The position numbers and the translations under genes are program-made. From Octopus vulgaris (Eukaryota), in contig OX597832.1 of NCBI GenBank assembly GCA_951406725.2, forward strand, positions 11,036,001 through 11,100,000: a DNA stretch of 64,000 nucleotides, written 5' to 3'. Under the pieces are notes generated by a model that was not told where the DNA came from, did no database searches, and saw only the letters and a program-made list of their open reading frames with translations. Positions within the stretch are counted from its first letter, which is position 1. Each line of letters opens with the position of its first letter. Of the stretch, positions 1-11,769 are shown in pieces.

Positions 1-120
1 TAACGCCTCCTTTACTATATTAGCGCTCTCTCAGAAGATATTTTATATAATTTTCATCACTGACTCTATTTCCTCCCAGTCTATCAATATTTTGTATTAC
101 TTACTCTTTTGATCCTTCTC

Positions 121-354
121 TTTTACCTTTTTCTTTGTTTCAGTCATTTGACTTTGGCCATTCTGGAGCACCGTCTTTTGTCGAGCAAATCTTCCCCAGG
201 ACTTATTCTTTGTATCGGTCTTATTCTTTTTCTATCGGTCTCTTTTGTTACGGGGGCGTAAACACACCACCACCGGTTATCAAGCGATGTTGGGGGACAA
301 ACACAAACACATAAGCACACACACACACACACACACACATACATACATACACAC

Positions 355-391
<37 letters not shown>

Positions 392-556
392 CACGACGGA
401 CTTCTTTCAGTTTCCGTCTACCAAATCTACTCAAGGATTTAGTCGGCCCAAGGCTATAGCAGAAGACACTAGCCCAAGGTGCCATGCAGTGGGACTGAAC
501 CCAGAACCATGTGGTTGGTAAGCAAGCTACTTATCACACAGCTACTCCTACGCCTA
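121..556 (-). mobile_element. tRNA-derived SINE, family A (CORE-like body, internal TA/TG microsatellite)
   Basis: Reverse complement reads taggcgtaggagtagctgtgtgataag (A box)...ggttcagtccc (B box)...ggcaccttgggc...gacggaaactgaaagaagtccgtcg-(TA)n/(TG)n-tttgtcccc...gtcaaatgactgaaacaaag. Homologous to copies at 8787, 18876 and 33351. Confidence 0.9.
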
Positions 557-2147
557 CTTCTCGAACAAATCTGTTGCTTATTCATTGTAATGACCTTCCT
601 ACCAGATCTCTCCTACTCCTTCCTAGTTCCGTTTGTTTATATGCGTGGCGTTGATGTCGTGTGCGTGTCATTTTGTCCGTTGCCCCTCGACATTATGCCT
701 ACTTGACTATATCTCAACCAGTAGGCTCTCAACGTATTCTTAGATGTATATCGTATTTCTGCTCTTCTACAAGATCCATTTCCACTCCTCCTCCTTTAAG
801 CATCGAACATTTCCGTCTCTGCCAGCCAAATTGACATTCCACCTCTCTTCAACATCAACGTTTCCATATCACTTCATCATTTCTTTGATTTCTACATCTA
901 CAATATTACAGCGTAATGACGAAAGAATTTATTTTGCCGTTCGTCCTCTAAGCATTTAAGAAAAGATACGTATTTTTTTTTCTTTCCATTGCGGCAAAAA
1001 ACAGTCATATCATTTTCTTTGAACAATGCATGTTGCATTTATTTAGTTTTTTGTTTTTTTTCAGACACAAAACATTACTAGATTTCCAAGATTGTATTGT
1101 TTTACAAAGTATATCATTGTATTTCTCCTTAATATCATACGACGAACGAAAATTAATGAGGAAACACTTCACACACCCTGCAAATTGAAAATTCTAATTC
1201 ATGTTAAGTATTTTTTTTTTTTCCAATTATTCCTCTTCCAATTCATCTCATTCACACAATTAAAATTGGTAATTTATGAGACTTAAAATCACTTTTAAAA
1301 TTGACTGCTAATTTTCTTGAACGATAGAATTAGACGGTCGTCGTTAAATGAAATAGAAAAATCCTCGTTTTATTTTAAATTTTTTTTCAACGTTTTCTTT
1401 TAAAAAGCTGTTGCAGCACCGTGCATAATTATAATGCAAAGAAGTTTCCTTGGATGATGTTTCAAATTAAACGGTCTTATACTCCTAAACAAATGAGAAA
1501 GCTCTTAATGAACAATAGAATAATGCCTGAGATCAAATAAATTTTGAAGCAAACGTGTTTTGAAACTCAAAATGATATTCCAGAGATTAGAATTCCTGTA
1601 AAGTTACGAAGCTTTACGTGACTAAAAGGTTTTAGATTCACATTATTCCTAACATATGCAATAATGGTTTTCATGTAGTAAACTCATGTTTCTCGTTTAT
1701 ATATTCATACAATAATGAACAAAAAGGGGCATTCAAGAGGTAAATATATCTATTAACTATTAATATCCAAACTTCTCTGAGTATAGTATCTGATCATTTT
1801 CGAAAATAGGGGATTCATAACATTATTATAAACATAAGTTTTTCATATTATGAGCACCAAATTATATTTTGTTAAGAAACAGAGCCTTTATCTTTAAGTT
1901 AATAAGGTACTGGGATTTCTCAATGTGGGAAAAATTCGCTCAATATCTTATAAATTATGATGCTAAAATGTGAAGCTTATGTAAGCACACTCTACTTTAA
2001 CCACGATTTTAATATTGTCAAAGCCAACGTTTCCCTCATTGTACACTTTGCAGTGATTAGAAAAGATATCAATCTAATGCATATAACAAAATTTTATTAA
2101 TAATAATGTTTTCAATTGTATCTTACTTCCTTGAAATTTCCATATAA

Positions 2148-2208
<61 letters not shown>

Positions 2209-2395
2209 TGTACATATAATTGTATAGGAATGTATGTGTATATGTATGTATGCATGTACAGGAATGTATGTGTATATGCATGTATGTATGTATGAATGTT
2301 CGTATACTGTATAGGAATGTATGTATATACACGTGTGTGTATGTATGTATATATACATAAATACATGAATACACAAACACACACAAACATATGTG
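2148..2395. repeat. Compound (TA)n/(TATG)n/(CA)n microsatellite
   Basis: Directly visible simple repeats. Confidence 0.9.
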
Positions 2396-3432
2396 GGGGA
2401 TATTTATGCAAAAGTGCTGATAGTATCGTGAATGATGGTTAAACACCATTCTATGTTTGTAAATTATATTTCAGTAACACTGCAATGCACCATTAATTTG
2501 TCAAAGGTTATAGTTCGTCAATTTTATAGTCCTTGTTTTCTGGTTTCAAAGAACTTCAAGGTGAGAGTTGTGTTTCAAATTAAAATGTAAACACTATCTA
2601 TAACGCACACCAATAATCACTGAAACAAACATTTGCCACTTGAAAATATTTCTAAATTTTTTTTCTTTTCCTTTCAAACTACAATGGCTATTTATGGGAA
2701 GGTTTGTGTACATTTATGTTTCCACTCACTTGAATGCCATGCATTTTCCATAAACAACAAACTCCATAACAAAAGTTGACAGTGTACTATTTCAATTCAG
2801 AAAGCGAACATTCGTAGCATGAGACTATATCGGTATCTATTTATTAATATTCTAAAACAAATATTAAAAAAAAGAGGCTGATAACATTTTCTCGGAAATA
2901 ATATTATTTCCAATCATATCATAAGCTGCTAAAATGATTCACTTCGTATCAAATTCTAAACTGTTGAAGTATTTTTGGCAATTAATCTCCAGCATTTGTT
3001 TTTGTAGTTTGTTTCTGTATTTTGTTGTCTTTCTTTCTTTGGCGGGGTAGCGTTACATTTTTGTATCCATTGTAAATGAAACGTTTGTGAGGATTACTTA
3101 CTGAAAAAATTTCTTTATAAATTTCTTGGTCTAAATGTTACTATTCATTTCAGTTTCTAATAGAACTATGAAGAAAATATCAAAGCTTAATGCAATACTT
3201 CAGAGACTTTACAACGGACAAAAAGAAGAATAAACCTATATGATATTTTTACACGTCGTGTACGTTTATTCCATTTGCTTTCGTGTGTACAATCTTTTTA
3301 TTCATTTATTTATATGCTGTGCATTCAATGATAAATATCAAGCATAAGATATTCATTCCTGATGAAACAAATATAAAATGTTTTAATACCAAAACTTTTT
3401 TTTTAAGAATGGTAATACTAATGCTAAATACA

Positions 3433-3466
<34 letters not shown>

Positions 3467-3779
3467 TGTATGTATGTATTACTGCTTATAGCTTTTCGTG
3501 TATAACTATTGTTTCATGTGATATTACCTCACATGATATTGAATTGTATCACATGTTTACTTTCCTATGATATACAGCACCATGTTTACTTACTGAAGAT
3601 GATAAACACCTGGCTACTATAAATGTTAATTTTATTACTATACTAAAATCTACAAATTATCATCACAACTTTACGTAGAAAGATTTATATTCCTTTCTTA
3701 CTTTGGCACAAAGCCAGCAATATTTAGCGTGGAGAAGTCGATTACAACGACTCCATTGCTCAGAAGATAGGGATTCCAG

Positions 3780-4200
3780 GAAGTTATTCATCGTTTACGG
3801 CTCGAAAGTCCCGTACAAACTGGTCAGTTCGACTTCATCAACGCCTAGCGTCTCTCCAACTGCGACATCGTGCTTTACCTCCTCTAACCCTCTATAGAAC
3901 TCAAAAGTGGTAGTTCCACTGATCATATTGTCTGACTGGTTGAGAGCAGTGTATGTCTATTATGCAAAAGTATCGTAAGTCCAAAACGTTGCTATTTCAA
4001 AAAACGAAACAATAGTTTCAAGATTCCATACCAAAACTGTTGTACTACTTTCATATCTGAAGGAGCTTGAGATACGATAGCTTGACCAAAGGAACCGGCT
4101 ATTACAATCCAAAATGAATATCGTCCAAATTTGGACACACGACAGTTTAACACAATAGCAACACTATTTATTCCTTCATGACATGTAACATTTTGCATGA
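3780..4200 (-). mobile_element. Degenerate mariner-like 5' fragment
   Basis: Minus strand has gtgtccaaatttggacgatattc and a decayed peptide (LEEVKHDVAVGETLGVDEVELTSL) resembling the mariner LEDE.R.GRP..VDDDEL segment. Weak. Confidence 0.35.
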
Positions 4201-5260
4201 CGCAATTAACGTTTATTTCATCTTAACATCTTCCATAAAAATTATTACTTTTAGTTTTCTAATTTTATTAAAAAATAGCTATAATAATCCTGTATATGAT
4301 TATTCCCTCGGTTACATAACATGAATGTATGTAAAAACATAAGTTTGCTATACTGTAACTGAAATTTGCTTTCATGTTCAAACTATGTTAAAACATCACT
4401 TAACGATTTATGTTAATAATGAACTCTCTCTCTCTCTCTCTCTTTCTTTCTCTCTCTCTCTTTCTCTCTCTCGCTCTCTCTCATATATATATAAAAACGA
4501 AAGCAAAGTCTAATTCCCTGACATAGCGTCACTGAATATATTCATAATATTGTATTGTATACGTTGAGTAACATCTTCAATTTATACTTCCAAAAAGCGC
4601 TTGCATAACGACGCTAAGTAAAATGCAACTCGAAACTTACAAAAAATTATTCTCTTTCATTTGAATATAAAATCCCAGGATAAACCCCAAAGCTAAAGTG
4701 TTCTATTCCAAAATTCTTTCTCTATTCCTTTATTATTAGCACAGTTCATACATTATACTTCCTGCTTTATAAATGTATCGGCAGAATACAGTCGAAGGCT
4801 TCCATTTATTTCTAATTCCTAGCGGGTTATCAAACCAAAAAATCTACCCGATTATAATTTGAAGTAATATACAAACATATGTAGTTCGTTATAAAATCAA
4901 ACATACATAAATACATGCAAATATACAAACATGCACGCACTCCCACACACATATACACATACATACGCACACACATATAAATGTTGGTTGTGTATTCACA
5001 ACGATATTATGTACGTACATTGAAAATGTCAAATTCTTCTCGGATAATAGTCACGAAAAACCAAATTAACTTCAATATGTATTCATGCATATAAATAAAT
5101 ATCCCAATATATGAATTTACCATTAATAATATATGCATTTTTTTTATGTGTCCTTAATTATGTATGCATCGCAATAAATAATTTATATGAGTACGGTGTA
5201 TTTAGTATATATTTATTTTATTAATACATGTACATATACGTATGATATCTATATGTGTGT

Positions 5261-5573
5261 ATCACCGTGATCACCGTGACCGACCAGGCTATCAGATGTT
5301 GCTACACATCGCTGTTCACAATGCGCTTCGCATTGTTTTAGCCTTCAAATAACGTCACCCCGCTGGCTAAGCGAGCAGGCCAACATAAGAAAGAGTGGGA
5401 AAAATGTGTGGCGAAAGAGTACAGCAGGGATCGACACCACCCCCTGCCGGACCCTCGTGGAGCTTTAGGTGTTTTCGCTCAATAAACACTCGCAACGCCC
5501 GGTCTGGGAATCGAAACCGCGATCTTACATCCGCGAGTCCACTGCACTAACCACTGGGCTATTGTGCCTCCAC
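5261..5573 (-). mobile_element. tRNA-derived SINE, family B
   Basis: Reverse complement: gtggaggcacaatagcccagtggttagtgcagtggactcgcgg...ggtttcgattcccagaccggg (A/B boxes), ending in a (cacggtgat)2 tail. Homologous to 16525 and 63379. Confidence 0.88.
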
Positions 5574-5761
5574 ATATGTATATATAGGTATCAGTATGTA
5601 CATATTTGTGTGTACGCGTATGTGTAAGTATTTGTGTATTTGTGCATGTTTTTGCATGTGTGTTTCTGTGTGTATATGTTTGCATCAGTGGTTTTGTGTG
5701 TGTGCCATAGTGACATTAATGCTCTACTTAATGGGTGACTTCATATATTTGTATTGTTTTT

Positions 5762-6139
5762 CTATTACTTGTTTCAATTATTAGACTGCGGTCACGCCAA
5801 TGAACCGCCTTGGTGAATTTTCGCCGAATGAATCCATCCCTGTAGCTTTTATATATATATATTTATGAAACCTACGTATTCTATAGGTTTCTGGTGTTGA
5901 ACCACTAAGTTACGGAGACGAAAACACACCAACACCGTTTGTCAAACGGTGTTGGGAGACAAACACAGATAAGCAGAAACACACACACCCACACTCACAC
6001 ACACAAATGCTACGCAAAAACTATTAAACCAACATTTTTAATATTCAGTTTCTTCACATTTTCTAATCCTTGACTTTGAATTTTGATGACGCGCGCACAA
6101 AAACATACACCCACACACACACAAAAACACACACACACC

Positions 6140-6180
<41 letters not shown>

Positions 6181-6342
6181 TCGATAGGTTAATGTTCTGT
6201 TTCCGTCGACCAAATCATCTTGGAAGTCTTAGGTAGAAGTGTGTATAGCAAAAACCATATGCCGATGGGACTGCGTCGTGCGACTGAACTCGGACCCTGA
6301 TGGTTGTGAGGCAAACCTCTTATCACACAGCTATTCCAACGC
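5762..6342 (-). mobile_element. Degraded family A SINE with expanded/interrupted internal microsatellite
   Basis: Diverged matches to the family A 3' part (ttacttgtttcaattattagactgcggtc; ctaagttacggagacgaaaacacaccaacaccgtttgtcaa) and head (ttccgtcgaccaaatc; ttatcacacagctattcc). Confidence 0.7.
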
Positions 6343-6369
6343 ATCTTCCTTGGATGTCATCCGATCAAC

Positions 6370-6680
6370 TAGGAAACTAAAGAATATTCTGTGTGGCATT
6401 TGCCATCATGAAAGAAACATAAGCTCGTTACTTATGTGGAAGCGTCTACCTTGTATTATGTCTAATTAATGTCATTGTTTAATTTGGAATGCCACGAAGC
6501 CATTTTGAACTGGACTTATTTTGGAAGAGAGAGCTGGTGAAATGTATTCCTTTGTATGTACAAAATTTGAGAATTTGTTTTCAGATTTCCTTGTGCTGCT
6601 AATGGCACAGCAGATGGTTTCATCTGATTACTGGTGGTTGCAATCTCTGCAGATCCCCACTGGCGGTAATTCATTGATGT
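6370..6680 (-). mobile_element. Old RTE-like LINE reverse-transcriptase fragment
   Basis: Minus-strand translation ...AISSTRKSENKF...YISPALSSKISPVQNGFVA...LDIIQGRRFH resembles the RTE RT region (I.P.L...L...QNGFR...LRRIIEG). Contains stops. Confidence 0.4.
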
Positions 6681-7079
6681 AATGGGTTTTTTTTAAAGAT
6701 ATTACAATACTTTATTTTAAGCTGCTTGTAGGAAACGGTGCAGGAACCAACCACAGTATGAAGAAATTTTAGCTAAGCTCACCGCTCTCATCTCCGTCAT
6801 ACATGTTGCATCACTCCTATTCAAACGCCGCGCAACCACGTCAACACAACAATAAACGGCCATACACTATGCAAATGAACATTTACTACAGATTTGACGA
6901 GGTATTCAATCATAATTTAACTCTGATGGCGTCCGCGTAGTGTATGAGTGAATAAATTTGTCTATGCAAAAGAGCAGCTCTAAAACTTTAACAGGAAAGA
7001 TAATCACAGATACTGTCAAAAAGGTGGGAGAGTATTCTAGGAAGGCTCACCTCTGATCTAGGCCAAGCATGCGTCAGTA

Positions 7080-7740
7080 TTGATTCATAAACGCCAGCCT
7101 CTCCATATAATCTGCTGTGTCCCTGCAGAAAAGAAGGAGCAGGGGCATAGGTCCTCAGAGGATACGATATTGCTATATTCTACATGAACTATGGAAATGG
7201 AATCGATTGCAACAACTATAAAGAAATCTCATTTGTGAGCATCGTTAAGAAGGTATTTCTATCTAGTGATACTAAATAGGCTCACAAAATCACTGGCAAG
7301 GTGTAATCTGAGACCCAGAATGGATTATTTTAAGTAAGCTCCACAATTGGCAAGATATTCCGCTTTCGATCAATACCAGAACAAACGCAGATAGCGTAAA
7401 CAAACACTCATATTTTGCTCTCGAACTTACGACTAGTGACGACTTGTTTAAAATCCCTGCCACGAACAATGCTGAGTTACTTCAAAGATTTTACTCAGAA
7501 TTGTTCTGTCATTCCACAAAGGCACGAAATACGTTCAATTTGATGTAATCATTCAGCGTTTGTAGTGAAAAAGACAAAGTTGTATGTACGTTCTCATCAA
7601 ATTATTTTACATCTGTTTTGCAATCGTATTGTAATTGGTATTTGGTATACCAACTGAGTGTTTAACCACGCATAAGATCAAACAGTAATCTGCTAAATTT
7701 GCCTTGATCGAACACAATGGCACCAGTTAGAGTGGTGATC
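7080..7740 (+). mobile_element. Degenerate RTE (BovB-like) LINE reverse-transcriptase fragment
   Basis: Translates with stops and frameshifts to CRKEGAGA*VLRGYDIAIFYMNYGNGIDCNNYKEISFVSIVKKVF, SETQNGLF*VSSTIGKIFRFR, RIVLSFHKGTKYVQFD and RSNSNLLNL. These match the RTE consensus KGDRSDCNNYRGISLLSIVGKVF / PESQCGFR..RST.DMIF / RSDGKLFNL. Confidence 0.8.
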
Positions 7741-7902
7741 ATATCCTTCAAGAGCAATCATGTTGGTGTCCATAGATGTAGTACATTCTGCATTGCGAAT
7801 AAACCCAAGAGGGGACTCGCTAGATGAACGTCCATGTCTTTTGAGTCTATTGGATACTTCCAATATATATGTATACACACGTGAACGCGCTCATTCTCAT
7901 AA

Positions 7903-7935
<33 letters not shown>

Positions 7936-8164
7936 ATCTTATATATAAATGTATGTATGTATGTATGTATATATCATCAGCATACAAATATACATAAAGA
8001 CACAAGTGTGACGCCATAATGTTTAGTTCTTACAAATTGTTCTTTGTGTAGATGTTTAATTTGTATTCAATTATATATGAACTTCGCAATACACTTTCCC
8101 AGTGTGCTTGAGATGTTGTTGGACAGATGTTTTTCAAACAACCGGGAAAAGTTTTCAATATTTT

Positions 8165-8248
8165 GATTATCTTCAATGCAGTTTTCAATGCGGATTATTT
8201 TCAAGGCAGTTTTCAGTGCGGATTATCTTCAATGCACTTTTCACTGAG
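8165..8248 (+). repeat. 28-bp minisatellite x3 (gattatcttcaatgcagttttcaatgcg)
   Basis: Three consecutive 28-bp units with 2-3 substitutions each. Confidence 0.85.
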
Positions 8249-8249
8249 T

Positions 8250-8660
8250 CATTATTGATAATATTTCGTGTTCCTGATCAATAAACGTCAAAAAAGATTT
8301 CAATCACCTTTCTAGTACTTGTTAAATCACTTTGGGCATTCGGAACACTCACAGCATCAGTATATACAATGCATAGGTTTTCTCATAATCATGTTGCATT
8401 ATTGCCTTTAATGCAAATAGTAAATGCCGTATGCGCAACTCACTGAAGTCTTTGTCTTCCATGGTCTGATAGAACATATTGTTCTTAAGGATGTGTCCAC
8501 ATAAATGTTTAGTCCTGAATTCTATGCTGCATGGCTGTTTGCAAGGACACATTTCATACACTTAACTCATTTCCACATGTTCCACATGTTGCCAGCCTTA
8601 TTTGTTTGAAAATATGGTACTACTTCTCGGTTATTTGAAGGATTGTAACCTTTATTTAAA
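8250..8660 (-). mobile_element. Degenerate CR1/L2-like LINE RT fragment
   Basis: Minus strand gives KGYNPSNNR, KHLCGHILKNNM and *LKSFLT...RNIINNDS, similar to PSNYRPI, HL..NNLL and WIKSFLT.R.Q.V.IN of CR1-group RTs. Confidence 0.4.
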
Positions 8661-8786
8661 AAGCTAAATCAACACCATAACAGTCGCAGCAGAAACAAAG
8701 ACGACAGAAAATCTTTGAGTAGAGACTTTCACTACCCGATTGGTTCTAATTATGTTACAATAATTCGTGATTCTCTCTGGAAGATT

Positions 8787-9199
8787 ACTCTTTAAATCTT
8801 TTACTTGTTTCAGTCATTTGACTGCGGCCATGCTGGAGCACCACCCTTAGTCGGGCATACCGACCCCAGGACTTATTCTTTGTAAGCCTAGTACTTATTC
8901 TATCGGTATCTTTTGCCGAATCACTAAGTTACGGAGACGTAAACACACCAGCATCAGTTGTCAAGCGATGTCGGGGGGGGGGGACAAACACAGACACGCA
9001 AACATATACACTCTCATACATATATACATATATACGACAGGCTTCTTTCAGTTTCCGTCTAACAAATCCACTCACAAGGCTTTGGTCGGCGCGAGGCTGT
9101 AGTAGAAGACATTTGCCCAAGGTGCCACGCAGTGGGACTGAACCCGGAACCATGTGGTTGGTAAGCAAGCTACTTACCACAGAATTGCTCCTGCGCCTA
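8787..9199 (-). mobile_element. tRNA-derived SINE, family A (full length)
   Basis: High similarity to 121-556 and 33351-33793. Head taggcgcaggagc...ggttcagtccc; tail gtcaaatgactgaaacaagtaaaag. Confidence 0.92.
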
Positions 9200-10331
9200 T
9201 AAGATATCATAAGATATTATAATATATATTCATATTATGCAGAATGACTTGGGCGTTCGGTATAGTCGATGTCATCTAATGTAGAAATTATCATATAAAT
9301 TTTAAAACAGGGATGTAGGTCATAGATATATTAACTGTTGCAGTTTTGCAGTCTGGCTCCATGTGATCTCTTATGCATTGGATATAGTTTACATTATCAT
9401 CCTTCATTGTTCTGTTGGTATAAGTAATGTATGATTGTTGAGACATTTGTCTGCTTGGTGTACTCACCTTAGAAATATTCACGCAACCATAAAAGACATT
9501 TGTTAACAGAGTAAAAGATCCATTTCAGAAGCTTATTTGACATGTAGAACGACGAGAAGTATAACAGCATTAAATTTCCCCTTTGAAGAAATGCATGTTA
9601 AAATATATCGATTTTGAAACAAAGATATTGAATTTTGCAGGTATATAGCATTTTCTCTGTGATTTATCATTTGAATTATTACAGATTGCTAAGTGAAATT
9701 TTATTTCTTGCATGTCATCTTTTTTCACTGTGTAAATGTCGGTACACAATATGTTTTAAATTTACTGCTGATGCACGTCATTCGATAGCATAAATGACGT
9801 TGAAAGAAGGTAATAAAAACCCCAAAATATGCCACATGACAGCAATAAATAAAAGTTTACAATACGTGAATTAAACCAGAGAGACTATATCGATGATTGT
9901 TTCACATAAGTGCTATTTTGCTGTTAAGTGTAAAGATAGAAATGGGCTAATATTAATTTCTTTTTTAATGTGAACACATGGTTTTGTCAAAACATGGGCT
10001 CTTCATATACAAAACGAATATTATTTAAGGTGTTTCTCATAAAGTGTATTTTCACATTGTTAGAAGTTTTCTTGCAACAGATATATATTAGTATCAGCAC
10101 AGCATTGCTTTAAGATTAAATCTAACATCGAATATGCTTTCAGTTGTAAGATTATTAAAATGGTACTCATATTCACATTGATTTCTTAAAACTTCTATGA
10201 CATTGAAGAATGTTAATTGTTTATAAATAAGGTATTGGTTTTATTGCAAGCTTGTAAATTAATTGTATACTATGTACCTGAGCTCTTGTATCTGAGTATT
10301 TTTTATCATCTTAGATCAACAAATATACTAT

Positions 10332-10508
10332 ATTTGCAGCGTGGAAGGCGTTTACAGGCCATTTAAGAAACACACAAAACCGTTAGATTCACTTCAACAT
10401 TTAAATGCGACGAAAATATTTTGACAAATTAAATTTAAATGTCGAAGTGAATCTAACGGATTTTGTGTGTTTCTTAAATGGCTTATAAACACCTTCCACG
10501 CTGCAAAT
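10332..10508. repeat. Fold-back inverted repeat (~75-bp arms, ~25-bp spacer)
   Basis: atttgcagcgtggaaggcgtttacaggccatttaagaaacacacaaaaccgttagattcacttcaacatttaaat is nearly the reverse complement of atttaaatgtcgaagtgaatctaacggattttgtgtgtttcttaaatggcttataaacaccttccacgctgcaaat. Confidence 0.93.
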
Positions 10509-10902
10509 GACTGCAACAAGACAACTTTAAAAAACATAATGAAATAATTTGTATTGTAGAAAATATATGGTAATATTTAGGGAAAAAAATTATTTCCTTC
10601 GAATATTTAGGATAAAAATAGCATCGTCATTAGAAAAAAAAACCTGAAAGTGAATGAATTCGGTAGGAACATTTTCTTTTGTATAGAAAATGAAGCGTCG
10701 GAGGATGTATGAACCAACCTGCATCAGTGAGCTACATTTAATTTCCTCTACATCGCTCTACATTACACCCGATATATACATACACAAACACACATAGATA
10801 TCTATACACAAAGGAATACATATACATACCTACACACACACGCAAACATAAAGGCATGCACACACACAAACGCACACACACATACCTATATATATGTATA
10901 TA

Positions 10903-11769
10903 GGGGGAGTCTGATCAAAAAGTATCTGGGCAGTTGCCATAGTAACGATGCTAAAGCACGTAGAGTAAAGCCGGTTGGAACTAATTTACCTCAAAATCAG
11001 TTCTGCATGTGCACTAAGATTTTACGTTCTCGCTTTTTTTTCTGCTGTTTACAACAGTGTAGGAAGGAAGGTGTGTAGCGTGTGATTGTCGCATTGAACA
11101 TGTCATAAAAAGTTGAAAGGGGAATCTGCATCGACGTTGCCAAAAGCTTGGTGATACCTGCACAGAGGTCTACGCAAAGTTCTCCAGTTTTCATCGCTCT
11201 CGACACAATCAAAGAAATCTCGGTCAACTGAAACTCGAGAGATTTTTGGTGAGCTAAAAGCAGTTTGGGCTCATACTTGGCATATCCAAATCTTCAGTGA
11301 TAATGGGCTGAACTGAACCGTAACTAATCTGAAAATCATTCGATAACTCACGGATGGTTATTCAACGATTTACCCTGAGAACTGCGATGTTTTTCTCGGT
11401 TCTTCTGACTGCGGGTCTCCCAGACCATTCGTCTATATCGTCATTTTTTCGGCCATTCGGAAACCTCTGAACCACTCGTACACTTGTGTGCGGCTCATAC
11501 ACTCCTCTCCATGCACTTTCTGCAACTTTCCGCAGGCCTCTGAGCAGGTATTGCAATGACAACTTTCTCTGTCATAGCCAATGCGACTATCACACGCGAC
11601 ACACGTTTCTTTGAAGCACAACTATAAACAGCGGAAGTGAGCCGGAACGTTAAAACTTGGTGCAAATAAACAGCAGAGTTCAAGATCGATCTGAGCCAAG
11701 TGGCTTTACTCTGCGTGTTTTAGCTTCATTACTATGGCAACAATCCGGATTCTTATTGATCAGATCTCG
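10903..11769. mobile_element. Mariner-derived fold-back element made of two inverted left ends
   Basis: Both ends carry the terminal sequence ctgatcaa.aag.atc.gg...gttgccatagtaa.ga.gctaaa.cacg.agagtaaagcc. The + arm (10903-~11180) has the decayed transposase start. The - arm (11769-~11180) encodes KLQKVHGEECMSRTQVYEWFR, SGRPAVRRTEKNIA and ITIRELSNDFQISYGSVQPIITEDL (mariner HTH region). Confidence 0.85.

Noticed and set aside
600-960. Possible old RTE endonuclease remnant; similar weak LINE-like traces at 28740-29100 and 32880-33030
   Set aside because: Only isolated few-residue resemblances, which is insufficient without a profile search.
8165-8248. CRISPR-like array
   Set aside because: The repeats are contiguous with no unique spacers, the context is eukaryotic, and no cas genes are present.
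9468-9580. Minus-strand exon candidate ending in a perfect AAG|GTGAGT donor
   Set aside because: All three frames from the nearest acceptor contain a stop codon, and there is no recognisable protein.
9768-9815. ctgatgc-acgtcatt/aatgacgt hairpin-tgaaa, hammerhead-like
   Set aside because: The core is altered, and stems I and III cannot be formed convincingly.
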